A DNA stretch of 48,569 nucleotides, taken from the IMG/VR virus record IMGVR_UViG_3300029305_004380, positions 66,042 to 114,610 of that record. One strand, 5' to 3'. This document shows, in pieces, positions 9,438-19,221 of this stretch. Numbering within the stretch: position 1 is the stretch's first letter; the number at the start of each line of letters is the position of its first letter. Source of the DNA: a virus. Its lineage: Duplodnaviria; Heunggongvirae; Uroviricota; Caudoviricetes. The notes below the pieces were generated by a model, which searched no databases, was not told where the DNA came from, and was given only the letters and a program-made list of their open reading frames with translations. Made by a program: the position numbers and the translations under genes.

Positions 9438-9998
9438 TTAAAATCTTTTTTCACCACGTGGATTAGATGAAACAATATCGTTGTAAGATAAAATTTTAGA
9501 TGCGGCATTATTCACACTTATATTAATAGTCACATCCATATATTTACCTTGTATTTTAGGTCCACTCCATGTTGAATTCGCACTTGTTTGTTTTCCTTTA
9601 ATTAAAGTGTCACCAAATCTATAAATAACTATAGGTGTATATGTTCCATTTGACGTATATAATGGATAACAAGCAGATTCAATTAATGATACAATTTTAT
9701 CAACTAAGTTGTTATCACCATTGTCAAATTTCGGATATTGAGTAGTAATTGCTTCTCTATGCATATGCAGCGAAAAATTAGTAGTAATATCGCTTGTATT
9801 TTCATACGCTGAAAAAGTTCCAGTTCTACCTACAATTGATCCACCTCCGTAAGTTGTAGAAATACTATTATTTACTTGTTCTGGATAAACAGGTATTATT
9901 AATTTTTCAGATGAAACATCCGATCCAGGAAAAATAACTTGGACACTCGATTGATTATGATAAGTATTTTCAGTTAACATTCTCCATATATCAGCCAT
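9438..9998 (-). CDS. Tail tube initiator / baseplate-tube junction protein (gp48/gp54-like)
   Basis: IPVYPEQVNNSISTTY...GR...SAY...FSL pattern, plus position upstream of the LysM and hub genes. Confidence 0.55.
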   Translation of the reverse strand: MADIWRMLTENTYHNQSSVQVIFPGSDVSSEKLIIPVYPEQVNNSISTTYGGGSIVGRTGTFSAYENTSDITTNFSLHMHREAITTQYPKFDNGDNNLVDKIVSLIESACYPLYTSNGTYTPIVIYRFGDTLIKGKQTSANSTWSGPKIQGKYMDVTINISVNNAASKILSYNDIVSSNPRGEKRF

Positions 9999-10072
9999 TA
10001 TATCACCTACTTTTTATAAATAAATTTATTTATATTTATATTTTAAACGTTTACGTAAAATGAACAAAATTA

Positions 10073-10218
10073 TACGCGCGCGTTATTTTTATATATTATT
10101 AATTTAATATTATTAATTTAATATTTATCTTTATATATTATATAATAATAATTTACTTAATATATTATTTTAAATTATAAATTATTAATATATTAATTTA
10201 AAAAATAACGCGCGCGTA
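10073..10218. repeat. 18-bp perfect inverted repeat around a 110-bp almost pure-AT spacer
   Basis: tacgcgcgcgttattttt (10073-10090) and aaaaataacgcgcgcgta (10201-10218). The spacer has only 2 C and no G, and contains a tandem 14-mer, tattattaatttaa x2 (10094-10121). Confidence 0.9.
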
Positions 10219-10309
10219 AATAAAAATGTAAAACATTTTGAATTCAAATAATATTTTAATTAAAAAGTTATTATATTTATAAAGAAAAGTATTTAAGGAG
10301 TTTTTCAAA

Positions 10310-12370
10310 ATGATTATTACAGATAAAAATAAAATTTTAAATTTTTTCTTAGAAATTACAGGAAATAATAAAAATGATATAGAATACATTAAAAATTTAA
10401 TTCAGGTTTATCCGAATGTAATAGATTTAATGTTATCAGATATTACTCCTGATTTAAGTGAAGTAAAATATGTAAAATTAAAAAGATACAATGCTCTAAA
10501 AAATAAAGTAATACAAAATGCAAATATTTTGGATTTAAATAATCAATTATACGATGCATTTCCTATACATATTTTAAAACAAATAAGAAATTATTTTAAA
10601 GAGGAAACATATTTTAATAACAATTATTTTTATAATACTCCAGTATTTTTAAGCGATAAAGAAATAAATAGTTATATTGTTAGTAAAATAAAATCAAAAC
10701 CTTATGAATTTTTATGTAATATATATGGATTTAACTTTAATAAAGTAGATAAATTATTATTAGATGCAAATGAATTAACAACAGAATTGTGGGCAAATGA
10801 ATTAAAAAATTCATTAGAAAGATGTATATCATTTATTCAATGGTATCTTTCAAATTGTATGAATGGTAACACTATAATTAGTTTAGAAACTTTAAAAATA
10901 CAAATGCTTAAAAAATTTAATTTAATAGATTGTATAGATAAATTTAATGAAGCAATATCATATAAAAAGTTCACTTTAATAAATAATGGTATAATGTTAA
11001 CTTCAACTTACCTAGAAGAAAAATATATAAGTGATTTTGTAAAAAAATGTAAATATATTAAACAATCATATAATATAAATGTTTCAAACTATGAATATTT
11101 AGACAATTTTAAATTAACAAGTGATCAACTTAAAACATTAGAATTATTAAACGATAATCAATTAGTACTTTTAAATGGATTTGCAGGAACTGGTAAATCA
11201 AGCAGTGTTAAATCATTAATAAATATGTTAGAAGATAATAATAAAACATATATAATAATGGCTCCTACTGCTAAAGCTGCAAAAACTATATCTGCTTATA
11301 CCGAAAAAGTAGCAAATACTATTCATTATGTCTTATGTTCACATTTTAATGCATTTAATACTCACTATTTTGAAGAATCATATTCAAATGATTCACAAGA
11401 AGATATTTTAGATTATGATGTTATAATAATTGATGAAACTTCAATGATATCTGTAAACTTATTTAGCTCATTATTAAGATTTATCGACCCAAATAGAAGC
11501 AAAGTATTATTAATAGGAGATAGTTATCAATTACCATCAATACAAAGTGGTAATCTTTATCAAGATTTATTAAATATAAGTGATATTCCAAAAGTAACTT
11601 TAGAAAAAATATTTAGATATGAAGAAAATGGATTAGTTACAGTTGCAACAAACATGAGATATGGTAAAAAATATTTAAATCAAGGCGTTAAGATTCAATC
11701 TATAGGTGAATCATATACATTTTACAATTGCGATGATATTATGGAAATGATAAATACAGCCTTAAATAAATATATGGATTTATTAAAAGATAATAACATA
11801 GAAGATATTGCAATTTTAACAGCTAAAAACATTGGAAATTCAGGAACAAATCTTATAAATAATTGCATACAAAAAATAATAAATCCTATAAATGAATTCG
11901 ATGATTATATTTCAATTATGATTGATGGACAAAAAATTAAATTTAAAGAAAATGATTTAGTAATGAATACAAAAAATATGTACGGAATTATAGCTGAAGG
12001 TTCGGAAAGTCAAACCTTAATTGCTAATGGACAAATTGGTAAAATTAAATCAGTGAACATTTTTGATAATTCTTTAAGGGTTAAAATAGATGATGAAATA
12101 TATAATTTTACACAAGAAGATATAAAAAATTTAAGATTAGCATATTGCTTTACAATTCACAAATCTCAAGGTTCTCAGTTTAAACATATTATATACTTAA
12201 CTTCATCTGAAGATATGTTTATGACAAATTCCAATTTAATGTATGTTGCAGTTACCAGAGCTCAAGAAAGTTGTCATCATTTTGGTTCAAGATATGTGAT
12301 AAATTACAAAATTAATGAAAAAGAAAATTTAAAAAGAAATACTACATTATTATATCAATATAATAATTAA
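10310..12370 (+). CDS. recD2: RecD2/Dda-like superfamily 1B helicase
   Basis: Walker A LNGFAGTGKS, then IIIDETSMI, LIGDSYQLPSI, AYCFTIHKSQGSQF and YVAVTRA. AAGGAG RBS. Confidence 0.85.
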   Translation: MIITDKNKILNFFLEITGNNKNDIEYIKNLIQVYPNVIDLMLSDITPDLSEVKYVKLKRYNALKNKVIQNANILDLNNQLYDAFPIHILKQIRNYFKEETYFNNNYFYNTPVFLSDKEINSYIVSKIKSKPYEFLCNIYGFNFNKVDKLLLDANELTTELWANELKNSLERCISFIQWYLSNCMNGNTIISLETLKIQMLKKFNLIDCIDKFNEAISYKKFTLINNGIMLTSTYLEEKYISDFVKKCKYIKQSYNINVSNYEYLDNFKLTSDQLKTLELLNDNQLVLLNGFAGTGKSSSVKSLINMLEDNNKTYIIMAPTAKAAKTISAYTEKVANTIHYVLCSHFNAFNTHYFEESYSNDSQEDILDYDVIIIDETSMISVNLFSSLLRFIDPNRSKVLLIGDSYQLPSIQSGNLYQDLLNISDIPKVTLEKIFRYEENGLVTVATNMRYGKKYLNQGVKIQSIGESYTFYNCDDIMEMINTALNKYMDLLKDNNIEDIAILTAKNIGNSGTNLINNCIQKIINPINEFDDYISIMIDGQKIKFKENDLVMNTKNMYGIIAEGSESQTLIANGQIGKIKSVNIFDNSLRVKIDDEIYNFTQEDIKNLRLAYCFTIHKSQGSQFKHIIYLTSSEDMFMTNSNLMYVAVTRAQESCHHFGSRYVINYKINEKENLKRNTTLLYQYNN

Positions 12371-12374
12371 ATAA

Positions 12375-12410
12375 TAAACAGGTGCTTAATATGTGTTAAG
12401 CACCTGTTTA
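12375..12410. terminator. Hairpin between convergent genes, probable intrinsic terminator
   Basis: taaacaggtgcttaa-6 nt-ttaagcacctgttta, a 15-bp perfect stem just after the helicase stop. Confidence 0.75.
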
Positions 12411-12477
12411 CCAAAGGAAAAATAAATTATGATAATTTTTAAAAATCATGAAAAATAAAAATTATAATTATATTTTA

Positions 12478-13989
12478 TTAGTAATTGATTGAAATTATTC
12501 CGTTAAATAGCATGTTTAATCTTTTTTCGGTCAAAGGATTAACATATCCATTTATAAATTTAATTTGTTCTTTTGAATTATTTTTATATATTTTATTACT
12601 TTCTATTTGAAAATGTTTAATAATTTCTCTTAATGAATTTATTGCATTTTCTTTAGTAATAAATCCATTACTTAATACCATTGATCCTGTTTGTTTATCA
12701 TGTAAAATAAATTTTCCATTTTTTATTTGCATCGCTGATTTTTGTAAATCACTTTCTCTAATTAAATGACCATTTAATATGTCATTTGAGTCTAAAATAT
12801 ATCCTGTATAAACATTATTTTTAAAATACTTATATACAGAATTAAGTTTATCCCATGCCAAATATTCATTAAGAATATAGTCTGACGATTCATCATATAC
12901 GCCCGCACTTAATTTAATGTATTTAGGAAAATATTTACTTACATTATTTTGCAACCATTCAATGTCGTTAAAATTAGAATACTTATGAATAGATGATCCA
13001 AGAATATAAGATAAAAATTCTTCATGAATACACCATGGATTTGTATTAAATTCTTTTATAGGTATATTTAATTCATTGTTAGGATTATTATATGTTACAT
13101 CCCCTTGCATTACTAATATTTTATCATGTAATACCTTATGTCTTTTATTGTTTATTTGAATTAATAAAGTCTTGCAATCTGAATCTAAAGGAATATTATA
13201 AACAACATAATTTTCTTTTTTTATTTCTCCTAATGCAGAATTATATAAATGATCCTGTATGTCATTTGCAACACTATCCATATTTTTAATTTCTTCAAAT
13301 GTATGATTAGTATTAGCTATTGCCATTTCACATGTATCATTAAACGCATGTGAAATCGTAAAAACTTCTCCAGGTTTAGCATCAACACATAATATACTAT
13401 AATTATCCGAATCTTGTATAAATCCATGATATGAATGTTGTTCATCTAAAAAACATTTATTATTTAAAAATTGATTTAATGATAAATTTATCATTTTTAT
13501 TATGGCTTTTCCAGGCAATAATTGTTTTCTTGTTGTTTTTTCTATAATAATTTCAGCGCTGGGTACTTCACCCTTCTCAGTATATGTATATGTAGTGTAA
13601 AAAGTAACTTTCCAGCCTCTATATTCACAAAATGATTTTACTGAGTCAATGTGTTCTAAAATAAATTTTAATCCTCCCGTTAAACAATCCTTTATAGGTC
13701 TATTAAAAAATCTTATATAATCAGGCGATATATCAAAATTAAAATTCCATAAGCCACCCCCATCGATTAATTCATGTGGAGGATTTACGTCTCTATATGT
13801 ATAATAAGATAATAATTCATCTTTTAGTTTATAACAATCTAATATTTCATATTCTTTCAAATAATTTATCAATGTTCTATGGGTATTAATATTATATTCA
13901 TCTGTAATTATAAGATCGTAATTATAATTTTCTTTTAAAAAATTCTGAATATATGAAACATATAAATTTTTATCTCCAAATTTTATCAT
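12478..13989 (-). CDS. Hypothetical tail-region protein with degenerate peptidoglycan-binding-like segments
   Basis: 503 aa directly after the tape measure gene. N-terminal FGDKNLYVSYIQNFLK...YNINT and C-terminal IIKHFQ...NGYVNPLTEKRL resemble PG_binding_1 helices. Confidence 0.5.
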   Translation of the reverse strand: MIKFGDKNLYVSYIQNFLKENYNYDLIITDEYNINTHRTLINYLKEYEILDCYKLKDELLSYYTYRDVNPPHELIDGGGLWNFNFDISPDYIRFFNRPIKDCLTGGLKFILEHIDSVKSFCEYRGWKVTFYTTYTYTEKGEVPSAEIIIEKTTRKQLLPGKAIIKMINLSLNQFLNNKCFLDEQHSYHGFIQDSDNYSILCVDAKPGEVFTISHAFNDTCEMAIANTNHTFEEIKNMDSVANDIQDHLYNSALGEIKKENYVVYNIPLDSDCKTLLIQINNKRHKVLHDKILVMQGDVTYNNPNNELNIPIKEFNTNPWCIHEEFLSYILGSSIHKYSNFNDIEWLQNNVSKYFPKYIKLSAGVYDESSDYILNEYLAWDKLNSVYKYFKNNVYTGYILDSNDILNGHLIRESDLQKSAMQIKNGKFILHDKQTGSMVLSNGFITKENAINSLREIIKHFQIESNKIYKNNSKEQIKFINGYVNPLTEKRLNMLFNGIISINY

Positions 13990-14010
13990 TTTAAATATTT
14001 CACCTCTTTA

Positions 14011-17000
14011 TTATACAAATCTAGTATTACCTACATTAGGTAAAACAGTTAATGATGTTCCATCTATGCTATTGGAACTTCTTGTTATTGCAAATATAGC
14101 ATTAACGATTTCTTGAGTTTGATTTTCTATACTTTTTATAATATCTTTAGCTGATAATTTAATAATATCTATAGATTTATTACCACCTATTGATTCTTCT
14201 GTATAAATTTTATTTTGATCAGCAGTTAATACTCTTTCACCTTTATGCAATTGAGCGGTCATGTCTTCCGGAATATATGTAGAACCTAATTTATAACCTT
14301 TTATCGAATTAGGAAAATCAGATAAATCATTTACATCTAAACCATATTCAGTCCACACATCTGATACTTTTTCTTTGTTATTAGCTCCTAAACCTAATAA
14401 ATAATTTTTATAACTATCATATGTTTCTTGATTAAATCCTACAGCGTCAGCTCCTTCTGCGGGTACCGGATTATCTGGATTTCCATATTTTTTATATCTA
14501 CTTAAATAATCTACAGCTTCTACTATTTCTCCCAATCCGCTCATCCATTGTTCTTTAGTAGTAATTCTAGATGCAGAATTAGTATTTTTAGCCATGTATC
14601 TATTTAATGCAGATTCAGATATTTCTCCTGATTCTAATTTTTCTTCTAATGAACCTATTTCGACACCTTTCATTTTAGTATCATTAACTGTTAAAAATTT
14701 CCATAATTCGCCATCGCTCATAGCTCCATTTTTGACATTTTTCATGCCCGCATTTATTTCTTCCTCTGAAAAACCTAACTGTTTTAATAATTTTCTTTGC
14801 TCACCTTCACTTTTTCCTTTAAGGTGACCATAAATTTGGTCTATTACGCCTTTTATTTCATCTTTAGATTGAGCACTATATTTAGCTTCTAATCCACCGA
14901 GTACTTCTTCTTGTTTTTCTCCAGAATCGGAAACTACAATATCCATTTTTTCAATATATTTTTCAAGCATTTCAGTGGTTAATTTAGTTTTATCAGCATT
15001 AGGAATAATACCAGTTTCAATTAATAACTGTCTTTGTTTATTTTCATCACCTAAAAGATAAAATTGTTCTCTAATTGTTTCTATTTCTTGTTGTTTAGCT
15101 TCAGTATTTTGTTTTACATTTTCTTTTAATTTTGTAAATTCGCCAGACAATATATCTACGTCTGTACAAGCATTTTTCATTTTTTCATTATAGTCATAAG
15201 CAGCTTTTCCAGCTAATGCTAGTCCACCAACTGCTAAACCTATCCATCCAACAGGACCTGATGCTAAGCCCAACGCGGCTGCAGCAGCCATTCCACCACC
15301 TGCAACAGCACCTGCTGATGTTGTTATTCCTACAGCTTTGTCAGTGTTTGAACTTTTATCCCAATTTTTTGCAGTTTCTACACCTATACCAATACCTTTA
15401 CCCATCATATAGCCACCAGCGGCTAGTGTACCTGCTCCTACACCAACAGCAGCTCCACCACTTGCAGCACCGCCTGTCATGGCAGCTCCACCTTGAGCGA
15501 GACCTCCTACTAAACCACCGCCTTTAAGACCCATACCTAATGTAGACGTAGCTGAATCCATTCCTACTAAATTAGAACCGTAATTAGCAGCTGTACTAAA
15601 TCCTTGGCCTCCAGTTAATAATTTAGATGCTAAACCGGTTTTGGATGCACCACCGGTTGATGGAGTTCCTCCACCTTTACCAAAAAATTTTTGTCCTAAT
15701 TTATTGGTTAATTTATCCCATCCTTTATCAAGTAAGCCACCTACTAATTCTGCTCCTACATTAGCTATTAACCAAGTTTTTAACTCATTTAACTTTCCAA
15801 CTATATCTTCTAATCTATCCATTCCATGAGCCATTAAAGGAGTATTTATGATTTGCTCTACTGTTTCATTTTGCACTTGATTATCGTGTTCTTGAGTGGC
15901 AGTTACATATTCATCTAATTTACCTGAGGCTTCATTATAAAGATTACGCATTTGAACTTCTGTTAGCTGATTGTTATTCATTTTACTTAATTCTTTATTA
16001 GTAATATTGATTTGATCAAATGATGTTTTTGTACCGGTTTCCATACCCATAGCACCGAGTCCGAGTTCAACACGAGCTACATCATATCCTACTCTATCGT
16101 TAGGATTTAATCCACTTAACATATTTTCAAAAGTATCCCCGGTTGTAGTAACTGCACTTGCTACGTCACCTGTTTGTAAGTAATTATGTGCTAATGTTCT
16201 TTCATAAACACCGCCTGTTGTTAAAGTTTCATATGGTTTATACACTGCATCAAATAATGAGCTTGCATATTCTTTAATCTGTTTTTCTGTCGCGCCCGAA
16301 CCTAATTGAGATTCAGCTATTTTATAAAAATCGCCTAAATCATCTTTACTAGTAGTATTAATATTTATAGATGATAATAGAGGTGCAAATTTATCCATCA
16401 AGGTAGATATAACACCTGTTTGTAATAATCTGTTTCCTTCTTTTGTCGCTTGCAGTTGTAGTTGTTGTCCTTTTACAGCTTTCAATGAATCTTCACTCAT
16501 TGTGAATTGCATATAACTCCATGTTTCAGAGCTAGTGTCCAACCATGGCATTATTTTTTTATCAACCGCGTTAGAAATAGCAACTGCAGTAGCATCTTCA
16601 CCTGTAAATCCTTGTTTAACTGCATTTGCTAATTCAGGAAATACATCTTTATTAATATTTAAACCTTTTTTAAGTGTTTCATCTGCACTTACGGTTAAAG
16701 CTGTAGACCTTATAATTTCATGAGTTTCTTCTCTATTACCTAAACCGGTTCTACCTGCTATTTCAGTAAAATTGGTTTCATAAAAATTATTATATTCGCT
16801 AATTGCACCTTTAATATTATCTGTATAAAATCTATCAATGTCTCTATTAATAAATGAAAATACTTCATCTGTTAATTTTTTTAATACCCCTTTTATTCCA
16901 CCTAATCTTTTTAGACTTTTAGAACCACGTTCTTCATTATTATCATCAAACTCTTGTTCAATCTTACTACGTTCTTGTTGGATTTTTTTCAGTGTTTTTA

Positions 17001-17847
17001 ATTCTTCTTTTGTTAATTCAGCATTATTTTTTAATGCAGTTTCATATATTTCTGCTTCATGTTGTAATAATTCATCATATCTATCATTATCTTGTATTCT
17101 AGATAATTTATATGCATTTTTTAAATCATTTATTTTACCTTGTTGAAATTTCTTTTCTGCTTCATGTTGTAATACACCATTTTGACTTAAATACTTTCTT
17201 ATTTCTCTTTGATATCCAAGTTTCTTTTCACCTAATTGATCTTCAAGTAGAGATAATTCATCATAATTTTCATCATTTAATAGTCTTTGTTCTCTTATAT
17301 GATCACGTTCTATTTTACTTATTTCTTGTTGAATTTCTTTCAATCTGTTTATATCTAAATCATTAGTAGAACCATCAGGATTTAGTACCTTAGTTTGATT
17401 GTATAATTCAATTTCTTGTTGAAGTAATTCATTGTATCTATCATCATCTTGTATTGTTTGTAGTGAATATATAGATTTAGCATTATCTAATTGCTGTGAA
17501 AATAATTCTTTTTCTAAATTTTTTCTTAGATTTCCATCATCTATTGCAATTCTTCCTAATTCTTTTGCATATTCTCTCGAATTAGCTAATCTAATTTCAT
17601 TTATTTCATTTTCAATCTTAGTTGTATCAGCCAAGTATTTATCAAAAGCTTTTTTATCTATTATTTCTTGTTTTACAGAACTTTTTAATTCTTCATCTCC
17701 TGAAAATTGACGCATGTCAGGAGTATCATCAGATTTAAATTTATAATCATTTTCAATCCAACCGTCTGTGATTGCTTCAGATTCTTTGTTAAACATGGCA
17801 GTGTATTGTTCTATTAGATTTAGTGTTATATCATTTGAATCATTCAT
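14011..17847 (-). CDS. Tape measure protein
   Basis: About 1280 aa with a coiled-coil N-terminus, a Gly/Ala-rich hydrophobic stretch and C-terminal YKLGSTYIPEDMTAQLHKGERVL, a typical TMP motif. Start refined to ATG 17847; the track uses GTG 17859. Confidence 0.85.
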   Translation of the reverse strand: MNDSNDITLNLIEQYTAMFNKESEAITDGWIENDYKFKSDDTPDMRQFSGDEELKSSVKQEIIDKKAFDKYLADTTKIENEINEIRLANSREYAKELGRIAIDDGNLRKNLEKELFSQQLDNAKSIYSLQTIQDDDRYNELLQQEIELYNQTKVLNPDGSTNDLDINRLKEIQQEISKIERDHIREQRLLNDENYDELSLLEDQLGEKKLGYQREIRKYLSQNGVLQHEAEKKFQQGKINDLKNAYKLSRIQDNDRYDELLQHEAEIYETALKNNAELTKEELKTLKKIQQERSKIEQEFDDNNEERGSKSLKRLGGIKGVLKKLTDEVFSFINRDIDRFYTDNIKGAISEYNNFYETNFTEIAGRTGLGNREETHEIIRSTALTVSADETLKKGLNINKDVFPELANAVKQGFTGEDATAVAISNAVDKKIMPWLDTSSETWSYMQFTMSEDSLKAVKGQQLQLQATKEGNRLLQTGVISTLMDKFAPLLSSININTTSKDDLGDFYKIAESQLGSGATEKQIKEYASSLFDAVYKPYETLTTGGVYERTLAHNYLQTGDVASAVTTTGDTFENMLSGLNPNDRVGYDVARVELGLGAMGMETGTKTSFDQINITNKELSKMNNNQLTEVQMRNLYNEASGKLDEYVTATQEHDNQVQNETVEQIINTPLMAHGMDRLEDIVGKLNELKTWLIANVGAELVGGLLDKGWDKLTNKLGQKFFGKGGGTPSTGGASKTGLASKLLTGGQGFSTAANYGSNLVGMDSATSTLGMGLKGGGLVGGLAQGGAAMTGGAASGGAAVGVGAGTLAAGGYMMGKGIGIGVETAKNWDKSSNTDKAVGITTSAGAVAGGGMAAAAALGLASGPVGWIGLAVGGLALAGKAAYDYNEKMKNACTDVDILSGEFTKLKENVKQNTEAKQQEIETIREQFYLLGDENKQRQLLIETGIIPNADKTKLTTEMLEKYIEKMDIVVSDSGEKQEEVLGGLEAKYSAQSKDEIKGVIDQIYGHLKGKSEGEQRKLLKQLGFSEEEINAGMKNVKNGAMSDGELWKFLTVNDTKMKGVEIGSLEEKLESGEISESALNRYMAKNTNSASRITTKEQWMSGLGEIVEAVDYLSRYKKYGNPDNPVPAEGADAVGFNQETYDSYKNYLLGLGANNKEKVSDVWTEYGLDVNDLSDFPNSIKGYKLGSTYIPEDMTAQLHKGERVLTADQNKIYTEESIGGNKSIDIIKLSAKDIIKSIENQTQEIVNAIFAITRSSNSIDGTSLTVLPNVGNTRFV

Positions 17848-17976
17848 TATATTCACCACCTTTAATTTACATTAAATAATTATAATTATATTTTATTTAA
17901 TTTGTATAGTTTAAATATAAAAATATAATTATAATATACACATATAACAAAATTTCTTATAATTATAATTAAATAG

Positions 17977-18005
17977 TTTACAATTGTAAAAAATGTGTAT
18001 ATAAT
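17977..18005 (+). promoter_or_regulatory. Sigma70/SigA-type early promoter 1
   Basis: TTTACA (17977-82), 17-nt spacer, TATAAT (18000-05). The -35 box lies within the palindrome tttacaattgtaaa. Confidence 0.75.
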
Positions 18006-18035
18006 ATAACTACAAAATTAAAAGGAGTGAAAATT

Positions 18036-18323
18036 ATGGCAAAAATAGAAAACACATTTGTACCAAATATTCATGGAGACGGATTCGTAAAAGAATTAAC
18101 AACCGATAATGGTGAAGAATATATAATTCAAAATACATTTGTACCAAATATTCATGGAGATGGTTTTGTACAAGAAGTGAAAAAAGTTGAACCTTTCGTT
18201 CCAAATCTAGCTGATAAAATATGTTGGGGCATCATATGCACCTTGAGTATTTCATTAATTGCATTTGGACTTTGGTTTTCTGTAGGTGGTGTTATTAAAC
18301 TATTATTATTGTTAAATTTTTAA
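18036..18323 (+). CDS. Small early protein with an internal 27-aa tandem repeat and a C-terminal membrane helix
   Basis: NTFVPNIHGDGFV occurs twice; C-terminus ICWGIICTLSISLIAFGLWFSVGGVIKLLLLLNF. AAGGAG RBS; start refined to ATG 18036. Confidence 0.7.
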   Translation: MAKIENTFVPNIHGDGFVKELTTDNGEEYIIQNTFVPNIHGDGFVQEVKKVEPFVPNLADKICWGIICTLSISLIAFGLWFSVGGVIKLLLLLNF

Positions 18324-18401
18324 TAGTTATATAATTTTAATAATTTGAATGTATAAATATATACAATGTTAACAAAAATATTTTTAATTAAATAAAAACT
18401 A

Positions 18402-18430
18402 TTTACAATTGTAATTATTTGTGTTATAAT
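18402..18430 (+). promoter_or_regulatory. Sigma70/SigA-type early promoter 2 with extended -10
   Basis: TTTACA (18402-07), 17-nt spacer, TATAAT (18425-30), preceded by TGTGt. Same ttacaattgtaa palindrome as promoter 1. Confidence 0.8.
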
Positions 18431-18467
18431 TAAATCATAAAATAACTACTACAAAGGAGAAATAAAA

Positions 18468-18851
18468 ATGATTACAAAGATTAAGAATGAATTATTGAAA
18501 AGAACAAACGGTGGAACTACAGAATGTACCATTACAATGAAAATTGATGGAACTAAAGTAAGAATAGTTCCTATGGCAAATTATGGTTATGGAGAATATT
18601 GGTTAGCTTATGGTTTTTCAAGAGATGGTTTTGAAACAATAGATGAACTTGCAAATTATATTCTTAATTACGAAGATGAAAAGAAAGCTCATCAAAATGA
18701 AATAGATAAAATCACTAAATATTTTAATGAAGAAATTTCTCAAGGTAAAGGCGATTGGGATTGGTATTCAGATTGGCATAAAGATGTATTTGGTTTTAGA
18801 CCTCACGGTATGGTTTGTGGTCAATATATAAATTCACATGTAGTTGCTTAA
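18468..18851 (+). CDS. Hypothetical early protein
   Basis: 127-aa ORF with an AAGGAG RBS, downstream of promoter 2. Confidence 0.7.
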   Translation: MITKIKNELLKRTNGGTTECTITMKIDGTKVRIVPMANYGYGEYWLAYGFSRDGFETIDELANYILNYEDEKKAHQNEIDKITKYFNEEISQGKGDWDWYSDWHKDVFGFRPHGMVCGQYINSHVVA

Positions 18852-18865
18852 AGGAGGAACATAAG

Positions 18866-19081
18866 ATGAAAGTGATAGATTTATTACAAATAACAAATAT
18901 AGGTCAAAATATTATGATTACAGATGTTAACGGTTATACCTTATTTAGAGGATTTAAAAATCAATGTATTGATAATCCACTTTATACTCATTTAATGAAT
19001 TTAACAGTTTCGCATATTTACACACATGATTCAAACGTATTATTAATAATGACTAAGGAGAGTAAAAATGAAATTATCTGA
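18866..19081 (+). CDS. Hypothetical early protein
   Basis: Start refined to MKVIDLL at 18866, after AAGGAGG. Confidence 0.65.
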   Translation: MKVIDLLQITNIGQNIMITDVNGYTLFRGFKNQCIDNPLYTHLMNLTVSHIYTHDSNVLLIMTKESKNEII

Positions 19082-19220
19082 AGCCTATGCAATTATAAGA
19101 ACATTAACAGATGAGCAAATAGATTCTTTATTTGAATTAATTGAAGAAGGAATTAAGTGGGATAGATGTTGGGAAGATGTATTAATCGAAGCTATAATAG
19201 CTATTAAGGAGGAAAATTAA
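19068..19220 (+). CDS. Small hypothetical early protein (50 aa, not in the ORF track)
   Basis: MKLSEAYAIIRTLTDEQIDSLFELIEEGIKWDRCWEDVLIEAIIAIKEEN*, with an AAGGAG RBS. It fills the gap between its neighbours. Confidence 0.65.
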   Translation: MKLSEAYAIIRTLTDEQIDSLFELIEEGIKWDRCWEDVLIEAIIAIKEEN

Positions 19221-19221
19221 A

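Noticed and set aside
15200-15680. GC-richer Gly/Ala low-complexity stretch, considered as a foreign insert or collagen repeat
   Set aside because: There is no Gly-X-Y periodicity. It is the usual hydrophobic region of a tape measure protein.
17879-17935. 16-bp AT-only inverted repeat (17879-17894 / 17920-17935)
   Set aside because: It consists only of A/T in an AT-rich gap, so a chance match cannot be excluded.
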